From positions 1 to 54,081 of the IMG/VR virus record IMGVR_UViG_3300023179_000140: a stretch of 54,081 nucleotides of DNA. One strand, given 5' to 3'. A program made the position numbers and the translations under genes. Shown here in pieces: positions 8,930-18,300 of the stretch (within the stretch, counting starts at the first letter, position 1; the number at the start of each line of letters is the position of its first letter). The notes below the pieces were generated by a model, which was given only the letters and a program-made list of their open reading frames with translations, was not told the DNA's origin and did not search any database. Source of the stretch: a virus (lineage: Duplodnaviria > Caudoviricetes).

Positions 8930-9972
8930 GGGATGAATGCCACCATAGGGTAAGCGTTGGCCGTAATGGAACCAGTAACAGCGGTGATACTGCCTGTGGT
9001 GGCCGGCAGGGCCAGCGTTCCGCCAGATCCAGTAGAGACATTTGCAGCAGTGCCAATTGCCACGGTGCTGGAAAAAGCGAAACCGGAACCGGAACCAGTG
9101 TTATAGGCAATCGTCCCGCCGTTGGATACATAGATGCCGGTAGCGGCATCGCCGCCAAATGCAAACCGATATGTCGTTCCTGCCGTCAGCGTCACTGTTC
9201 CGGCGAATGAGCACACATGGCCGTTGCCACTCCCGCTGGAATTGGCGCAGTTTGCGGTTGAATTGGTCACCCGAGTACTACCCGCAAAGGTGTAGATTGA
9301 AAATGCTACTGACGCCACACCGGACGCCTGATAAGCGATCTTCGTAAATGACATATTAAACGTTGGCGTGAAGCTGTACGCCTTGACCACAGTTGCTCCT
9401 GGATTGAATGCAATTTCTGATCCGGTAGGCGGACCAAAAGGCCAGTACACATCGACCAGCGTAGGTGTTGCACCTCCCCCGCCATCTCCTTGGATGATGT
9501 ATTGGGTGCCGTCATAGCAGATGGTGATGGGCCGGTCTGCTGTGATATCGCCCGCCGCTAACGCGGAACCGGCGCGGTTGAGTATGGACTTCGCGCCCAG
9601 AGTGTCCACGTTAATCGTCGCCGTCGTCACATTGGCAAAGTTGGCGTTTAGCGTCAGGCATCCGCCCGTGGTGTAGGCGGTGAGTGCGGGAGTCAGAGAA
9701 CAGGTGTAGGTGGCGTTGCCGGTGGTGCTCCGGCAGTACGTCGATGTCCCCGCTTGTGCCGTGGCGCGGCTTTGGATAATGGCCGTGTCAACCGTCCAAA
9801 GGCCTGCCGTATCGATGAGGCCTGATCCGGCCGTCACCGAACTACCAGCGCCCACCAAGTCAAGTTGCCCGGTGAAGGGGTTCAGCTTGACGGTCTGCGC
9901 CGACAAGGACGCCGCAAAAAACAAGGCAGCGGATAGTCCCGCTGCCCTTCCTGCCTTCAGTGCTTTGGTCAT
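8926..9972 (-). CDS. signal-peptide-bearing tail-fibre-like protein
   Basis: …AALFFAASLSA|Q; 'LTAYTTG…ANVTTATINVDTLGAKSI…LAAGDI…ICYDGTQY' fibre module; beta-rich C-terminus. Confidence 0.65.
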   Translation of the reverse strand: MTKALKAGRAAGLSAALFFAASLSAQTVKLNPFTGQLDLVGAGSSVTAGSGLIDTAGLWTVDTAIIQSRATAQAGTSTYCRSTTGNATYTCSLTPALTAYTTGGCLTLNANFANVTTATINVDTLGAKSILNRAGSALAAGDITADRPITICYDGTQYIIQGDGGGGATPTLVDVYWPFGPPTGSEIAFNPGATVVKAYSFTPTFNMSFTKIAYQASGVASVAFSIYTFAGSTRVTNSTANCANSSGSGNGHVCSFAGTVTLTAGTTYRFAFGGDAATGIYVSNGGTIAYNTGSGSGFAFSSTVAIGTAANVSTGSGGTLALPATTGSITAVTGSITANAYPMVAFIP

Positions 9973-9978
9973 GGCCGT

Positions 9979-10263
9979 TTACTGACGCCCCCCAGCCCGC
10001 GACGCCAGCTTTGCAACGGCATCCGGATTCTCAAACCCGAATCCGTCATACACGACCCTCTTGGCGGTCGGCACGTATTTGAGTGCGATCACGTCAATCT
10101 GCTGTCTGGCAGCAGCGACGAAATCCTCGAACGGATCAATATCCGGGACCTGAACCGTGTCGGTTCGAATGCCAGCGACCTGGAAGTTAACAAGGCGAAC
10201 GTCCTTGTTTTCTTCCGCCTGAACGATGTCCAGAACTTTGACTACTACCCATGTTGATGCCAT
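9979..10263 (-). CDS. hypothetical protein
   Basis: AAGGA RBS; within the late operon. Confidence 0.65.
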   Translation of the reverse strand: MASTWVVVKVLDIVQAEENKDVRLVNFQVAGIRTDTVQVPDIDPFEDFVAAARQQIDVIALKYVPTAKRVVYDGFGFENPDAVAKLASRAGGRQ

Positions 10264-10275
10264 TTTGTTTTTCCT

Positions 10276-11640
10276 TTACTGAATGAAGATTGACCACGCA
10301 CGCCAAGTTGTTTGAGTTGTCGCGCCGCCCGTGCAAGACACGCCAATGCGATCACCAGCGACAACAGCTATCGATGGGGTTGCTGTCCATGACCTAGGGT
10401 TAGACCCATAGGATAGAGCAACAATAGTTATCGTGGGAGTTTGATCCACTTGGTTCAAACGAATGCGACACGTTGCGTCGTTTGACGGTGCCGTTGTGCC
10501 AGTAACAATTACGAACCTTGTTATCGTACCGGCGAAGGGGACCGTAAATTGACGACCGGCCTCGCCAGTACCCATGGTCGCTGCTCCAGCGCAATACGCA
10601 AGCGTTGACGCCACTAAAGCGCTATCCAGGCATGTAGACCCAATGTAATATCCAGCGCCTAGATTCGTCCTGGCTGTAGCCGCATCTGATGCCCCTGTTC
10701 CGCCTTGCAGTACCGTGACAGCGGCATTGTCTGTTAACACGGTGGCGCTGGCATTGGGGAGGGTGAACGTCTTCTCGGATGTCGTTGGTCCAGACAGCTT
10801 CGCGAAGCCGTTGCCGGTACCGCCAAACGTAGACGAGATTACTTGAGTGAGTGCCGCTGTGCCATCGAAGTTGTTGCCGTAAATGGCGCGAGGGGTAGCA
10901 AGCGCTGTTGCTGTCGCCGCATTACCTGTCGTTGACCCGGATGATCCACTGACATTCCCCGTCACATTCCCCGTCAACGACCCCGAAAACGTCCCTGACG
11001 TGGTACCGGGAAGAGTTGGGTTATTCGGAATGCTCAGCGTGATAGCCCCGGTGGAGGCGCTTGCCGTGATTTGGTTGGCCGTGCCAGTGATGGTCGTAGG
11101 GAGCGGCGTGCAGGACTCGGAATTTCCGGAGGCGTCCACACCGGGAGTGAAACTGCCAGCGCTGCAATTAGTCCCGTTGGCGGCTAGGGCTGTTGCGGTC
11201 GCTGCATTCCCAGGAATGTTCGTCTGATCGCCGGTATTCGTCCCGCTCAGATTGGACCCGGTGACCGTTCCAACCGCAGCCACGCTGGACGGTGTGATCC
11301 CGCCAAGCGTCAGCGTGATCGCTGGTGTTGTGGTGGCCGTCGCCACGCTGCCAGAAACACCATTGGCCGTGGTGACCGACACGGACGTTACGGTACCGGT
11401 TCCGCCACTGCTCGGTATGGCTGGAGCCCACGCCGATCCAGAGTCCCGGCACAAGAGCGTAACCGACCCGCCGCCAACCGTACAACTGGCGGTGGAGGCA
11501 GCGTCGGTGACGAAGGCAATTCGATTGCGGACGCCAAAAGCGGGAAGTTTGGCCACGGTATAGGACTGCACAATCGGCCACAGAGGGCGGATCTGCGCAG
11601 CCAACGGCAGCAGCGCCAACGCGAGTATCAGGCGAACCAT
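10276..11640 (-). CDS. signal-peptide-bearing tail-fibre-like protein
   Basis: MVRLILALALLPLAA|Q; fibre motifs GTVTSVSV, GNAATATAL (twice), FDGTA, QGGTGASDAATARTNLG. Confidence 0.75.
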   Translation of the reverse strand: MVRLILALALLPLAAQIRPLWPIVQSYTVAKLPAFGVRNRIAFVTDAASTASCTVGGGSVTLLCRDSGSAWAPAIPSSGGTGTVTSVSVTTANGVSGSVATATTTPAITLTLGGITPSSVAAVGTVTGSNLSGTNTGDQTNIPGNAATATALAANGTNCSAGSFTPGVDASGNSESCTPLPTTITGTANQITASASTGAITLSIPNNPTLPGTTSGTFSGSLTGNVTGNVSGSSGSTTGNAATATALATPRAIYGNNFDGTAALTQVISSTFGGTGNGFAKLSGPTTSEKTFTLPNASATVLTDNAAVTVLQGGTGASDAATARTNLGAGYYIGSTCLDSALVASTLAYCAGAATMGTGEAGRQFTVPFAGTITRFVIVTGTTAPSNDATCRIRLNQVDQTPTITIVALSYGSNPRSWTATPSIAVVAGDRIGVSCTGGATTQTTWRAWSIFIQ

Positions 11641-12122
11641 GACTTCACCTTGTCGATCCAGCTAACCGGCGGAGGCGGTAGTGGAGGTAGTTCCGGCTTC
11701 ATTGCCGCAAGATCTCGCGCCTCCTCTAAAAGCGCGACCATTTCTGCCTTGAGCGCGTTGGCAACCCGCACCACATTCGTCGGAGGCATGCTTGCCATTT
11801 GAAGGACGGCCTGAAAGACTCCTCTCTCAACCTTGGGAGCAAGCCGCCCGTCTGGGATGCCGATGCGGATATGTTGGTCAGACTGGATGCCGCCAGGCCG
11901 AAGTAGCAGGATGTTCGTCCCGGCTATGTCGGCAATGCGGTTGATTAGCTTGCGCTCCCACTCCGAATCAACGCCATCGACTGTCGGCACAGGGCCGTCG
12001 CAATGAACGATCTCCACCGTGTACAGATACCCCTCATCGCTGACCACCACAGTGGGATCTTGATTCAGCATTCCGCGAATCGCAATTGCGGAATCGGTAT
12101 TACCTAAGATTCTGATTCTCAT
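11628..12122 (-). CDS. hypothetical protein
   Basis: Late-operon position; Pro-rich C-terminus; start set at ATG 12122. Confidence 0.6.
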   Translation of the reverse strand: MRIRILGNTDSAIAIRGMLNQDPTVVVSDEGYLYTVEIVHCDGPVPTVDGVDSEWERKLINRIADIAGTNILLLRPGGIQSDQHIRIGIPDGRLAPKVERGVFQAVLQMASMPPTNVVRVANALKAEMVALLEEARDLAAMKPELPPLPPPPVSWIDKVKSWFA

Positions 12123-12126
12123 ATTT

Positions 12127-12456
12127 TCACCCAATGAACAGCACAGAGACGTTGAACGAACCGGAGGAGCTTTTCAGGTATGAAACAGCGTCGCCATTCT
12201 GCGCCGCCGCATAGCCCGTGATGCCCCTAGGGTCATCGGACATAATCCACTCTTCCTGCGTGCCGGCCGGAATGGTCAGTTGGGTTGTGGCCGACGAACT
12301 GACGATCCGGCGGTAAATATCAAGAGCGCCAGCCTCGTTGTTTGACACGATGATCCGCTTGACGTTAAACGGCCTGCCGGACAAGGACGCGCTCGGGACA
12401 ACAACTGGAGTCCATACTACCGAATCAACAGCGATGAGTGACTGTGCGATGTTCAT
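12127..12456 (-). CDS. hypothetical beta-rich (jelly-roll-like) protein
   Basis: Short all-beta pattern; adjacent to neighbouring late genes. Confidence 0.6.
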   Translation of the reverse strand: MNIAQSLIAVDSVVWTPVVVPSASLSGRPFNVKRIIVSNNEAGALDIYRRIVSSSATTQLTIPAGTQEEWIMSDDPRGITGYAAAQNGDAVSYLKSSSGSFNVSVLFIG

Positions 12457-12457
12457 G

Positions 12458-12994
12458 TCATTGATATTGCGTCGGGCTGGTCGTGCAAGTGGTCGTCGAG
12501 GAAGGCACGCCGGTGGACCACCCAGACCAAATCATGTTGCTGCCGCTGTAAACAAAGAACTGCACCGACCAGATACTTGATGTCGTCCTGGGTGCTCGCG
12601 TGGTGAATACAATCGTCCCCGTTAAAGCACCGAAGGCCGTCGCGTCAACCGGGATGGAGAGTGTGGTGGAACTGATGATCGTCGCTGTTCTCGCTCCATT
12701 GATTGCAACCCAGTTCCCCGTGCCGCCGGACACGGAGATGTTTGGCTTGGAACTGACATCGAACCCATGCCCGCCGCTGACGGTCAGTACGGTCGGACTG
12801 GCGTTGGTAGCGGATGCCACCGAGATTGCCGGCGACACGGGCTGAATCGAAGCGGCCTTGCAGAGATAAATCAGGTTAGATCCTGAGTACCCGGCGATGT
12901 ACTGATAGCCGACATCCGGGTTTCGCTGCGATAGCCGGAACTCGGTTTGCGCGAATGCCGACAGTGACGCCAGCACGAGGAGTAGTTTTTTCAT
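12458..12994 (-). CDS. signal-peptide-bearing protein with an FCCH-like beta-barrel
   Basis: MKKLLLVLASLSAFA|Q; SATNASPTVLTVSGGHGF…INGARTATIISSTTLSI. Confidence 0.7.
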   Translation of the reverse strand: MKKLLLVLASLSAFAQTEFRLSQRNPDVGYQYIAGYSGSNLIYLCKAASIQPVSPAISVASATNASPTVLTVSGGHGFDVSSKPNISVSGGTGNWVAINGARTATIISSTTLSIPVDATAFGALTGTIVFTTRAPRTTSSIWSVQFFVYSGSNMIWSGWSTGVPSSTTTCTTSPTQYQ

Positions 12995-13302
12995 GAGTTG
13001 CCTTTCAATTTAATTGCTTGCGAGAGCGCTACGGACACCGGGTGAATCCAGCGCTCATGAACCGGGTCCGTCAGTTCCGAGCACACATGGAGAAGTTCAT
13101 GCGCCATAATGCGGTCTGGGTCCTTGTGCTGCCCGTCGCGCACCCTGATGGTCCACGGCGGTCGCTGGCTTCCGTCGTATTCGACCGTGGCATCACAGTG
13201 CGGGATCTGGTCGGCCGGTACCATATACAGCTTCGGCATCGGACGGATTTTCAAAATTCCGCACCAAAACTTTAATAGCGATCGCCACTCTTTAAGGTTC
13301 AT
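12991..13302 (-). CDS. small zincin-like metallopeptidase-fold protein
   Basis: AHELLH (HExxH) motif followed by …HE. Confidence 0.6.
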   Translation of the reverse strand: MNLKEWRSLLKFWCGILKIRPMPKLYMVPADQIPHCDATVEYDGSQRPPWTIRVRDGQHKDPDRIMAHELLHVCSELTDPVHERWIHPVSVALSQAIKLKGNS

Positions 13303-13436
13303 TTAACAACCAGCCTCAGATTCGCGAGCATTGCGGCCATGAGCGCTTGGATGTGTGGCTTGGCAAACAGCTTGGCAATGTCCACCACTGTCCGCCCACA
13401 CGGGTAAACTTTGACAGTATCTGATCTGCTAGTCAT
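13299..13436 (-). CDS. 45-aa hypothetical peptide (MTSRSDTVKVYPCGRTVVDIAKLFAKP…)
   Basis: Not in the ORF track; ATGA overlaps at both ends; bounded by a 13-bp direct repeat. Confidence 0.6.
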   Translation of the reverse strand: MTSRSDTVKVYPCGRTVVDIAKLFAKPHIQALMAAMLANLRLVVK

Positions 13437-13666
13437 TTAACAACCTTCCGGTAGTGTGGGACGGGGTACGGACGGCCGCCTGCCATGATGCGAAACTTCT
13501 TCACCTCGACTAAGCCAGCGCTTACGCCGCGCTTGAGTATCTCTGCCGTTCGCGGCGTTGAAAGGCCTGCTTCCGCCGCGTGTCGCTCTGCGGTTTCCCA
13601 TCCATCTGGCACTTCGTCAAGCCCTCCGTTTTGCAGCGCGGTAGCCAGTTCTTTCAAGAAGCTCAT
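13433..13666 (-). CDS. winged-helix-like protein
   Basis: GWETAERHAAEAGLS…AEILKRGVSAGLVE…F…PHY; ATGA coupling. Confidence 0.6.
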   Translation of the reverse strand: MSFLKELATALQNGGLDEVPDGWETAERHAAEAGLSTPRTAEILKRGVSAGLVEVKKFRIMAGGRPYPVPHYRKVVK

Positions 13667-14406
13667 AGCGGAAACCGCCATTCTTCCGGCTCGCCGTCAC
13701 CGCACTCGCATTGCGTTAGATTGAGCGCCGCCGAAGTGTCGCTAACCTCTCCCCACACGCAACCATGAGCCCATGCGTGCCAGGATCGATGGTTGAAAGC
13801 GTACTCCATCTTGTGCTTGTTGGCCGTCATCCCAACGCAGTAGCCAACAGCCCCGCCGTGCCGTCGCGCTTGCGCGATGCCGGGTTTGTGGAGATGTGCA
13901 ATGACGCAGTTGCCGTAGTTTTCGGCGTGGTCGCGAAGAGCCTGTTCGTTGTAATAGATCCCGTGGCCCCACTTGTACCCGCCGAACTCGAACCACTGCT
14001 TGACCGGGTGATAGGGGTTGACGACCGTTCCGTTCTCCCGGTCAATCTCGCGGATGCTATTCAGGACGCGCGAAGCCGCGTACGAAATCACCGCGTTGTT
14101 CGTCCCCACTAGTTTGTATATCCGGTGGTCGTGATTGCCCTCTATGCGGTGCGTCGGGCGATACCGCTTCAGCCAATCACTCCCCGCGTCAAAGTCTACA
14201 TCCACGTCAGCCGATTCATCGCTGGTGCCTTTTGCGCCGGTTCGGAACGCCGTGAAGTCGCGAACGTCTCCGTGGTCGATGACAATTTCCGGGTTAAATC
14301 GCTCCCGGAAAGCTAAAATGTTGTCCTGTGCCGTTTGGCAGGCGTATGCGCCATGATTGCAGCCAACCGACATGATCCGCCGCCACTTCTGGACGACGGC
14401 GGGCAC
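13663..14406 (-). CDS. calcineurin-like metallophosphoesterase
   Basis: GCNHG, DHGD..D, EGNHD, GHG and AHLH motifs; GTG start overlapping the upstream TAG. Confidence 0.85.
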   Translation of the reverse strand: MPAVVQKWRRIMSVGCNHGAYACQTAQDNILAFRERFNPEIVIDHGDVRDFTAFRTGAKGTSDESADVDVDFDAGSDWLKRYRPTHRIEGNHDHRIYKLVGTNNAVISYAASRVLNSIREIDRENGTVVNPYHPVKQWFEFGGYKWGHGIYYNEQALRDHAENYGNCVIAHLHKPGIAQARRHGGAVGYCVGMTANKHKMEYAFNHRSWHAWAHGCVWGEVSDTSAALNLTQCECGDGEPEEWRFPL

Positions 14407-14726
14407 TACTTGCCCCCACCGTGTTGCACTATCCATGACGCCACCGCGCCAATAATTCCCGCTGGAATCGTTGACACAAGAGCCACGAACCGCCACGCGC
14501 CACGAACTTCCGCCAACGCTGTTTCTAGCACGGCTATACGGTCTTCGTTCTTTGCCGTGCGTCCGTTTAGCGTTCCGAGGTGAGACTCAATACTGATGAG
14601 CTTTTGCTCAATTACTGCTTCTGACGTGCGGCAATGCGCCACGTCGTCGCGCAATGTGACAAGGACTTGCCCCATGCGATGAAGTGCTTCGAGCGGTTCC
14701 TGTGAGGCCAAGATAGACTCCGGCAT
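14406..14726 (-). CDS. coiled-coil plus C-terminal TM protein (holin/XhlA-like)
   Basis: HLGTLNGRT…RIAVLE followed by one TM helix. Confidence 0.6.
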   Translation of the reverse strand: MPESILASQEPLEALHRMGQVLVTLRDDVAHCRTSEAVIEQKLISIESHLGTLNGRTAKNEDRIAVLETALAEVRGAWRFVALVSTIPAGIIGAVASWIVQHGGGK

Positions 14727-14732
14727 TGGGAT

Positions 14733-14906
14733 CTACTGCTTCTTTGAATCTTTTGCAAACCACCCCAACAAGGTAGTTGAGATCACGGCAATGGCTTGCG
14801 CTACCGGTGCAAGATCAGCCGGAATTCCAAATGCGCCAGGGTTGGCTACCGCCGCTCCTGCCAGCGCCGCCACGAATCCACAGATGCTTGTTTTCCAGTC
14901 GTTCAT
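14733..14906 (-). CDS. small two-TM holin-like protein
   Basis: MNDWKTSICG…LLGWFAKDS, typical of small holins; AAGGGG RBS. Confidence 0.65.
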   Translation of the reverse strand: MNDWKTSICGFVAALAGAAVANPGAFGIPADLAPVAQAIAVISTTLLGWFAKDSKKQ

Positions 14907-14938
14907 CGCTTCCCCTTTATCGCACGTATTGAAAGTAT

Positions 14939-14968
14939 GCAGAGGACACACCAAAGTATGCCCTCTGC
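14939..14968 (-). terminator. 13-bp hairpin (C-UUUG-G loop) with a weak U tract upstream of the holin-like genes
   Basis: GCAGAGGGCATAC-TTTG-GTGTGTCCTCTGC-ATACTTT. Confidence 0.55.
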
Positions 14969-14979
14969 CGGTGATTGCA

Positions 14980-15357
14980 TTAAGCCGTGAGAGCCCGCTT
15001 GATAGCCTTGCGGACTTCCGGGATGTTGAGCATGGCGGACTCGGCGTCGAGGTCCAGTTCATCGCAGATGCTGCGAAACGCAGTGGTCGGATCGCCGATG
15101 ATCTTTTCCGTGGCGATCAGCGACGCGACAACAAATAGCCGCCCTGACGGCCCCTGCACGTGGACATAGTACTTCTCTCCGGGAGCGAGTTCCCCTGCCG
15201 GAACTTGATCGATAGGATAGATCTCCATCGCTCCTCCGCCGACCTCTTCCACGCAAAGCTGGCCGAAGGGTAAGCCAAGCGCCTGCTTGGACTTCACCCA
15301 CGCCTCGGCAACTTCAATGGAAACATTCTGTGTTCTGTTGGGTGCTACGAAATTCAT
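14980..15357 (-). CDS. hypothetical protein
   Basis: GAGGA RBS; late-operon position. Confidence 0.65.
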   Translation of the reverse strand: MNFVAPNRTQNVSIEVAEAWVKSKQALGLPFGQLCVEEVGGGAMEIYPIDQVPAGELAPGEKYYVHVQGPSGRLFVVASLIATEKIIGDPTTAFRSICDELDLDAESAMLNIPEVRKAIKRALTA

Positions 15358-15375
15358 ATAATTCCTCGTGTGTGG

Positions 15376-18300
15376 TTATTTCTGTTTAGCCCTGCGCTCG
15401 GCAATCGCTTCCAGGACTTTATCGGTCAAAATCTTTTTCTCTTGGAATGGCTCAAGGATGGCGACCGCTTCGTCCTCGCTCTTTCCTTTAATCAGGCCGA
15501 GAAAATATTCCGCTCGCTCGTCGGCGCTCTTGTGAAGAAGGTATCGATCTGACTTGCTCAGTCCCGACTGTTCTCCCTGTACCATTTTAGCGATATAATC
15601 TTCTGTTTCCTCACTCATGGTGCCATTATCTAGGGCCTCAATCATGCGCCGCTCGCCCTCTACCCTGTCGTCCTTCCAAGCGTTGAACAATTCCCGCGCC
15701 ATCCGCATGTTCGGGGCCTTTTCTTTTGCGATGGTTTGCGACGCCTCGTCGATAGCCGCCATCTCGCGCTCGTCGGTCGCGCCGCCACGGGCTTGAAGCG
15801 CACGCCGGCCAAACGCTTGCGCAGTGGACTCGCCGCCGACCGGCACTTTCCGCAGGTAGTCGAGCACGGCATTATTGCCTGGAATGGCGTCAGCCACACC
15901 TTTGCGGGCTCGGTCCACGACGTTTAGGACCTGCGGTGCGACAGTGCCAAGGTGGCCCTTGATCATGTGGTCTACCTTCAACGGAGCCGCACCGATGGCA
16001 TCTCCGATCATCTGCGCCGTCCCGCTGGTGGAGTCGAAGCGCTGTTCGGATGTTGGGAGCGAAAGCATCCGCTGCGGAACGATATCACGGTTCGTGAAGA
16101 AATTCTTATTGACCGACACCTCAACGGCGGGCTTAGCTGTCATCGGCACAAACTGGCCCGCCATCTGTTCGCCGGTCCCGGAGATCGGGTTGAGATAGTT
16201 GTAGACGGCGGCAAGATATTCTTGGGCCTTTACTGGATCGCCGCCGTACTGCGCTTCGATGTTCCGGCGCACCAACGTGCCGACATCGCTGATCCCAGGA
16301 GCCATCGGTAGTTTAATCGCGTCGTATGTGCCTCTGCTGTTCTTCTTCGGATTCTCCGGCAACCAAATTAGAGACTTGTCTTTCTCCCACGGCTCAATAT
16401 CTTCCCACGCCTTCCGTTTCTCCGGCGTGCTGATATTGTGCAGTGTGGCGATAGCCACCGGGATCGCCACCGTCATAGCTGCTCTGGTCGCAAACCCCAC
16501 CGGGTCCTTGCGCATCGCGCTGATCGAACTTCGAGTACCCTGGATGCCAGCGTTGGCGTATGGGAATAGGACCATCAGGCCGCGCTTATAGTTGCCGCCC
16601 CGGTAAAAGTCGCCGGTGGCCTGGCGTGATGCCTTGGCGGCGGTAGCAGCGGCGTCTTGCTCTCCCATCCCTCGCTTGATCGCCTCAGCCTTGGCGATGC
16701 GGTATGCCTGCATGCGGGTCATGTCTTCCGTCATGCCGATGAAGTTCTCGACATCGCGCCAACCGCCGCGAAGGGCGTTTGTGACGCGGCTTGTGCCGGA
16801 CTCAAAACGATGCGTGCGCGCCACGCTCTGATTCGGAAGCGTGGACTCATCCCGAAATACATTCCCGAGGGTGTTGTATTTCTGAGCCCGGATGTCGCGC
16901 ACCCCAAGGAGCGGTTGCTCCCGGTACAGGTCGAACGAGTTGCCGCCGCCACCGTTCCAAACCATCTCGTCGTACATGCCGTTGCGGGCGGAGACGTAGT
17001 TGTCGCCCACATCGCGGATCGCCTGAAGCGTGGCCTTAGCAATATCCATGTGGATGCCGGTGAGATCACCGATCTTTCCGGCTATCGACTTGGACCCTGG
17101 ATTCGCCTTCTCCGCCATGCGGTCCACGCTTATTTGGTTCAAGTGCCGCGTCGCTTGGTCGCGCGTGAAATTGTATAGCGCGAATATCGGATTGATGCCA
17201 GTGGTACCGACCTTGAACGCCCGCACCGCCCCGCCAAGAATCTGCTGAAGCAAGCCCATGCCCTGCGCGTCCAAACTCTTGGCTGCCCGAACGTACTCAA
17301 CCGGCGCGGCAACGTGCTGGGCGTTGCCGTTCTCAAGGTAGGTGAAGTACTGCTCCGGCTTCATCTTCTCGGCAGTCTTTGCGGAAATGCGGCGGATGAA
17401 CTTGTCGCCACCGGGAAGGTCGCCATATTGCGCGGCAGTGCGGGCGGCTTCGTTCTGCGCCGCCTCCCGGATCACTTGGTTGGTTTTTTTGAGAAGGTTC
17501 TCTAGCGGGCTATCAATCGCCAGTTTGTCTGAGCCCTTGAGCTTTTGAATGACATTCGTGGACGACTTGCTGGCCGTCGCGCGCGTGTTCTGAAACGGCT
17601 CCACCCCTTCCGGCATAATGCGGTGAAGATCGGCGTAGTCTGGATACATCTTTCGGAGATTGTCAATTTCTGCCTGACTTTTTATCCCCGACTGCACCAT
17701 CATATCCTCAAGCGCGGTGACGTGATTCTTGACGGCATCGAGATGCTGCTGGTACTTCGGCGTGAACTCAGCGATAAGCGCGTCGTCCTTCAGGATTTCA
17801 TCCGGTTCTCGGCCCAACTCAATCTGTCCGCGCTCCTCCAGCCGCGCGATCTCTTTCATCGCTCGCTCGGCGGCGGTCTTGCTCCCTGATTGCTTTGCCG
17901 CAGCGTAGGATGTTTTGGCAGCGGCAAGGTCAGCCGCGTTCTGCGCATTCGTGCGGTCAATCTCAGCGGCTCGACGGGCCAGCAAAAGCCGGTCGAACCC
18001 CTCCACGTCCATCTGCGTCGGCAAGTTTTGGATGGCCTTCGTCAGTCCGGTCTTCTTGGCGAAGACTCCGGCGCGGGAGTTGGCTCGATAGACGTTCGCT
18101 ACCGCCCGATCAAATTCCATGCTGGGGCGAATGGAGTAGGTGTCATTGTCGCCTTTGATGATCTCCCGGTGAACGTCTTCCATGGGAGCTATCGCGTCCA
18201 CCAAATCCGGCCGCAATCCATGCCAGTACAACTGAAGCAGCGACGGCTTAGACGCTTGCATTGCCCGTCGTGCGGCCTCTCGCTTGGCCACCTGTTCGGA

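Noticed and set aside
6308-11640. Diversity-generating retroelement acting on the fibre genes
   Set aside because: No reverse transcriptase motif and no template/variable repeat pair seen in the window
14407-14496. Upstream start of the metallophosphoesterase given in the ORF track
   Set aside because: Overlaps the holin-like gene by 90 nt; the coupled GTG at 14406 is more plausible
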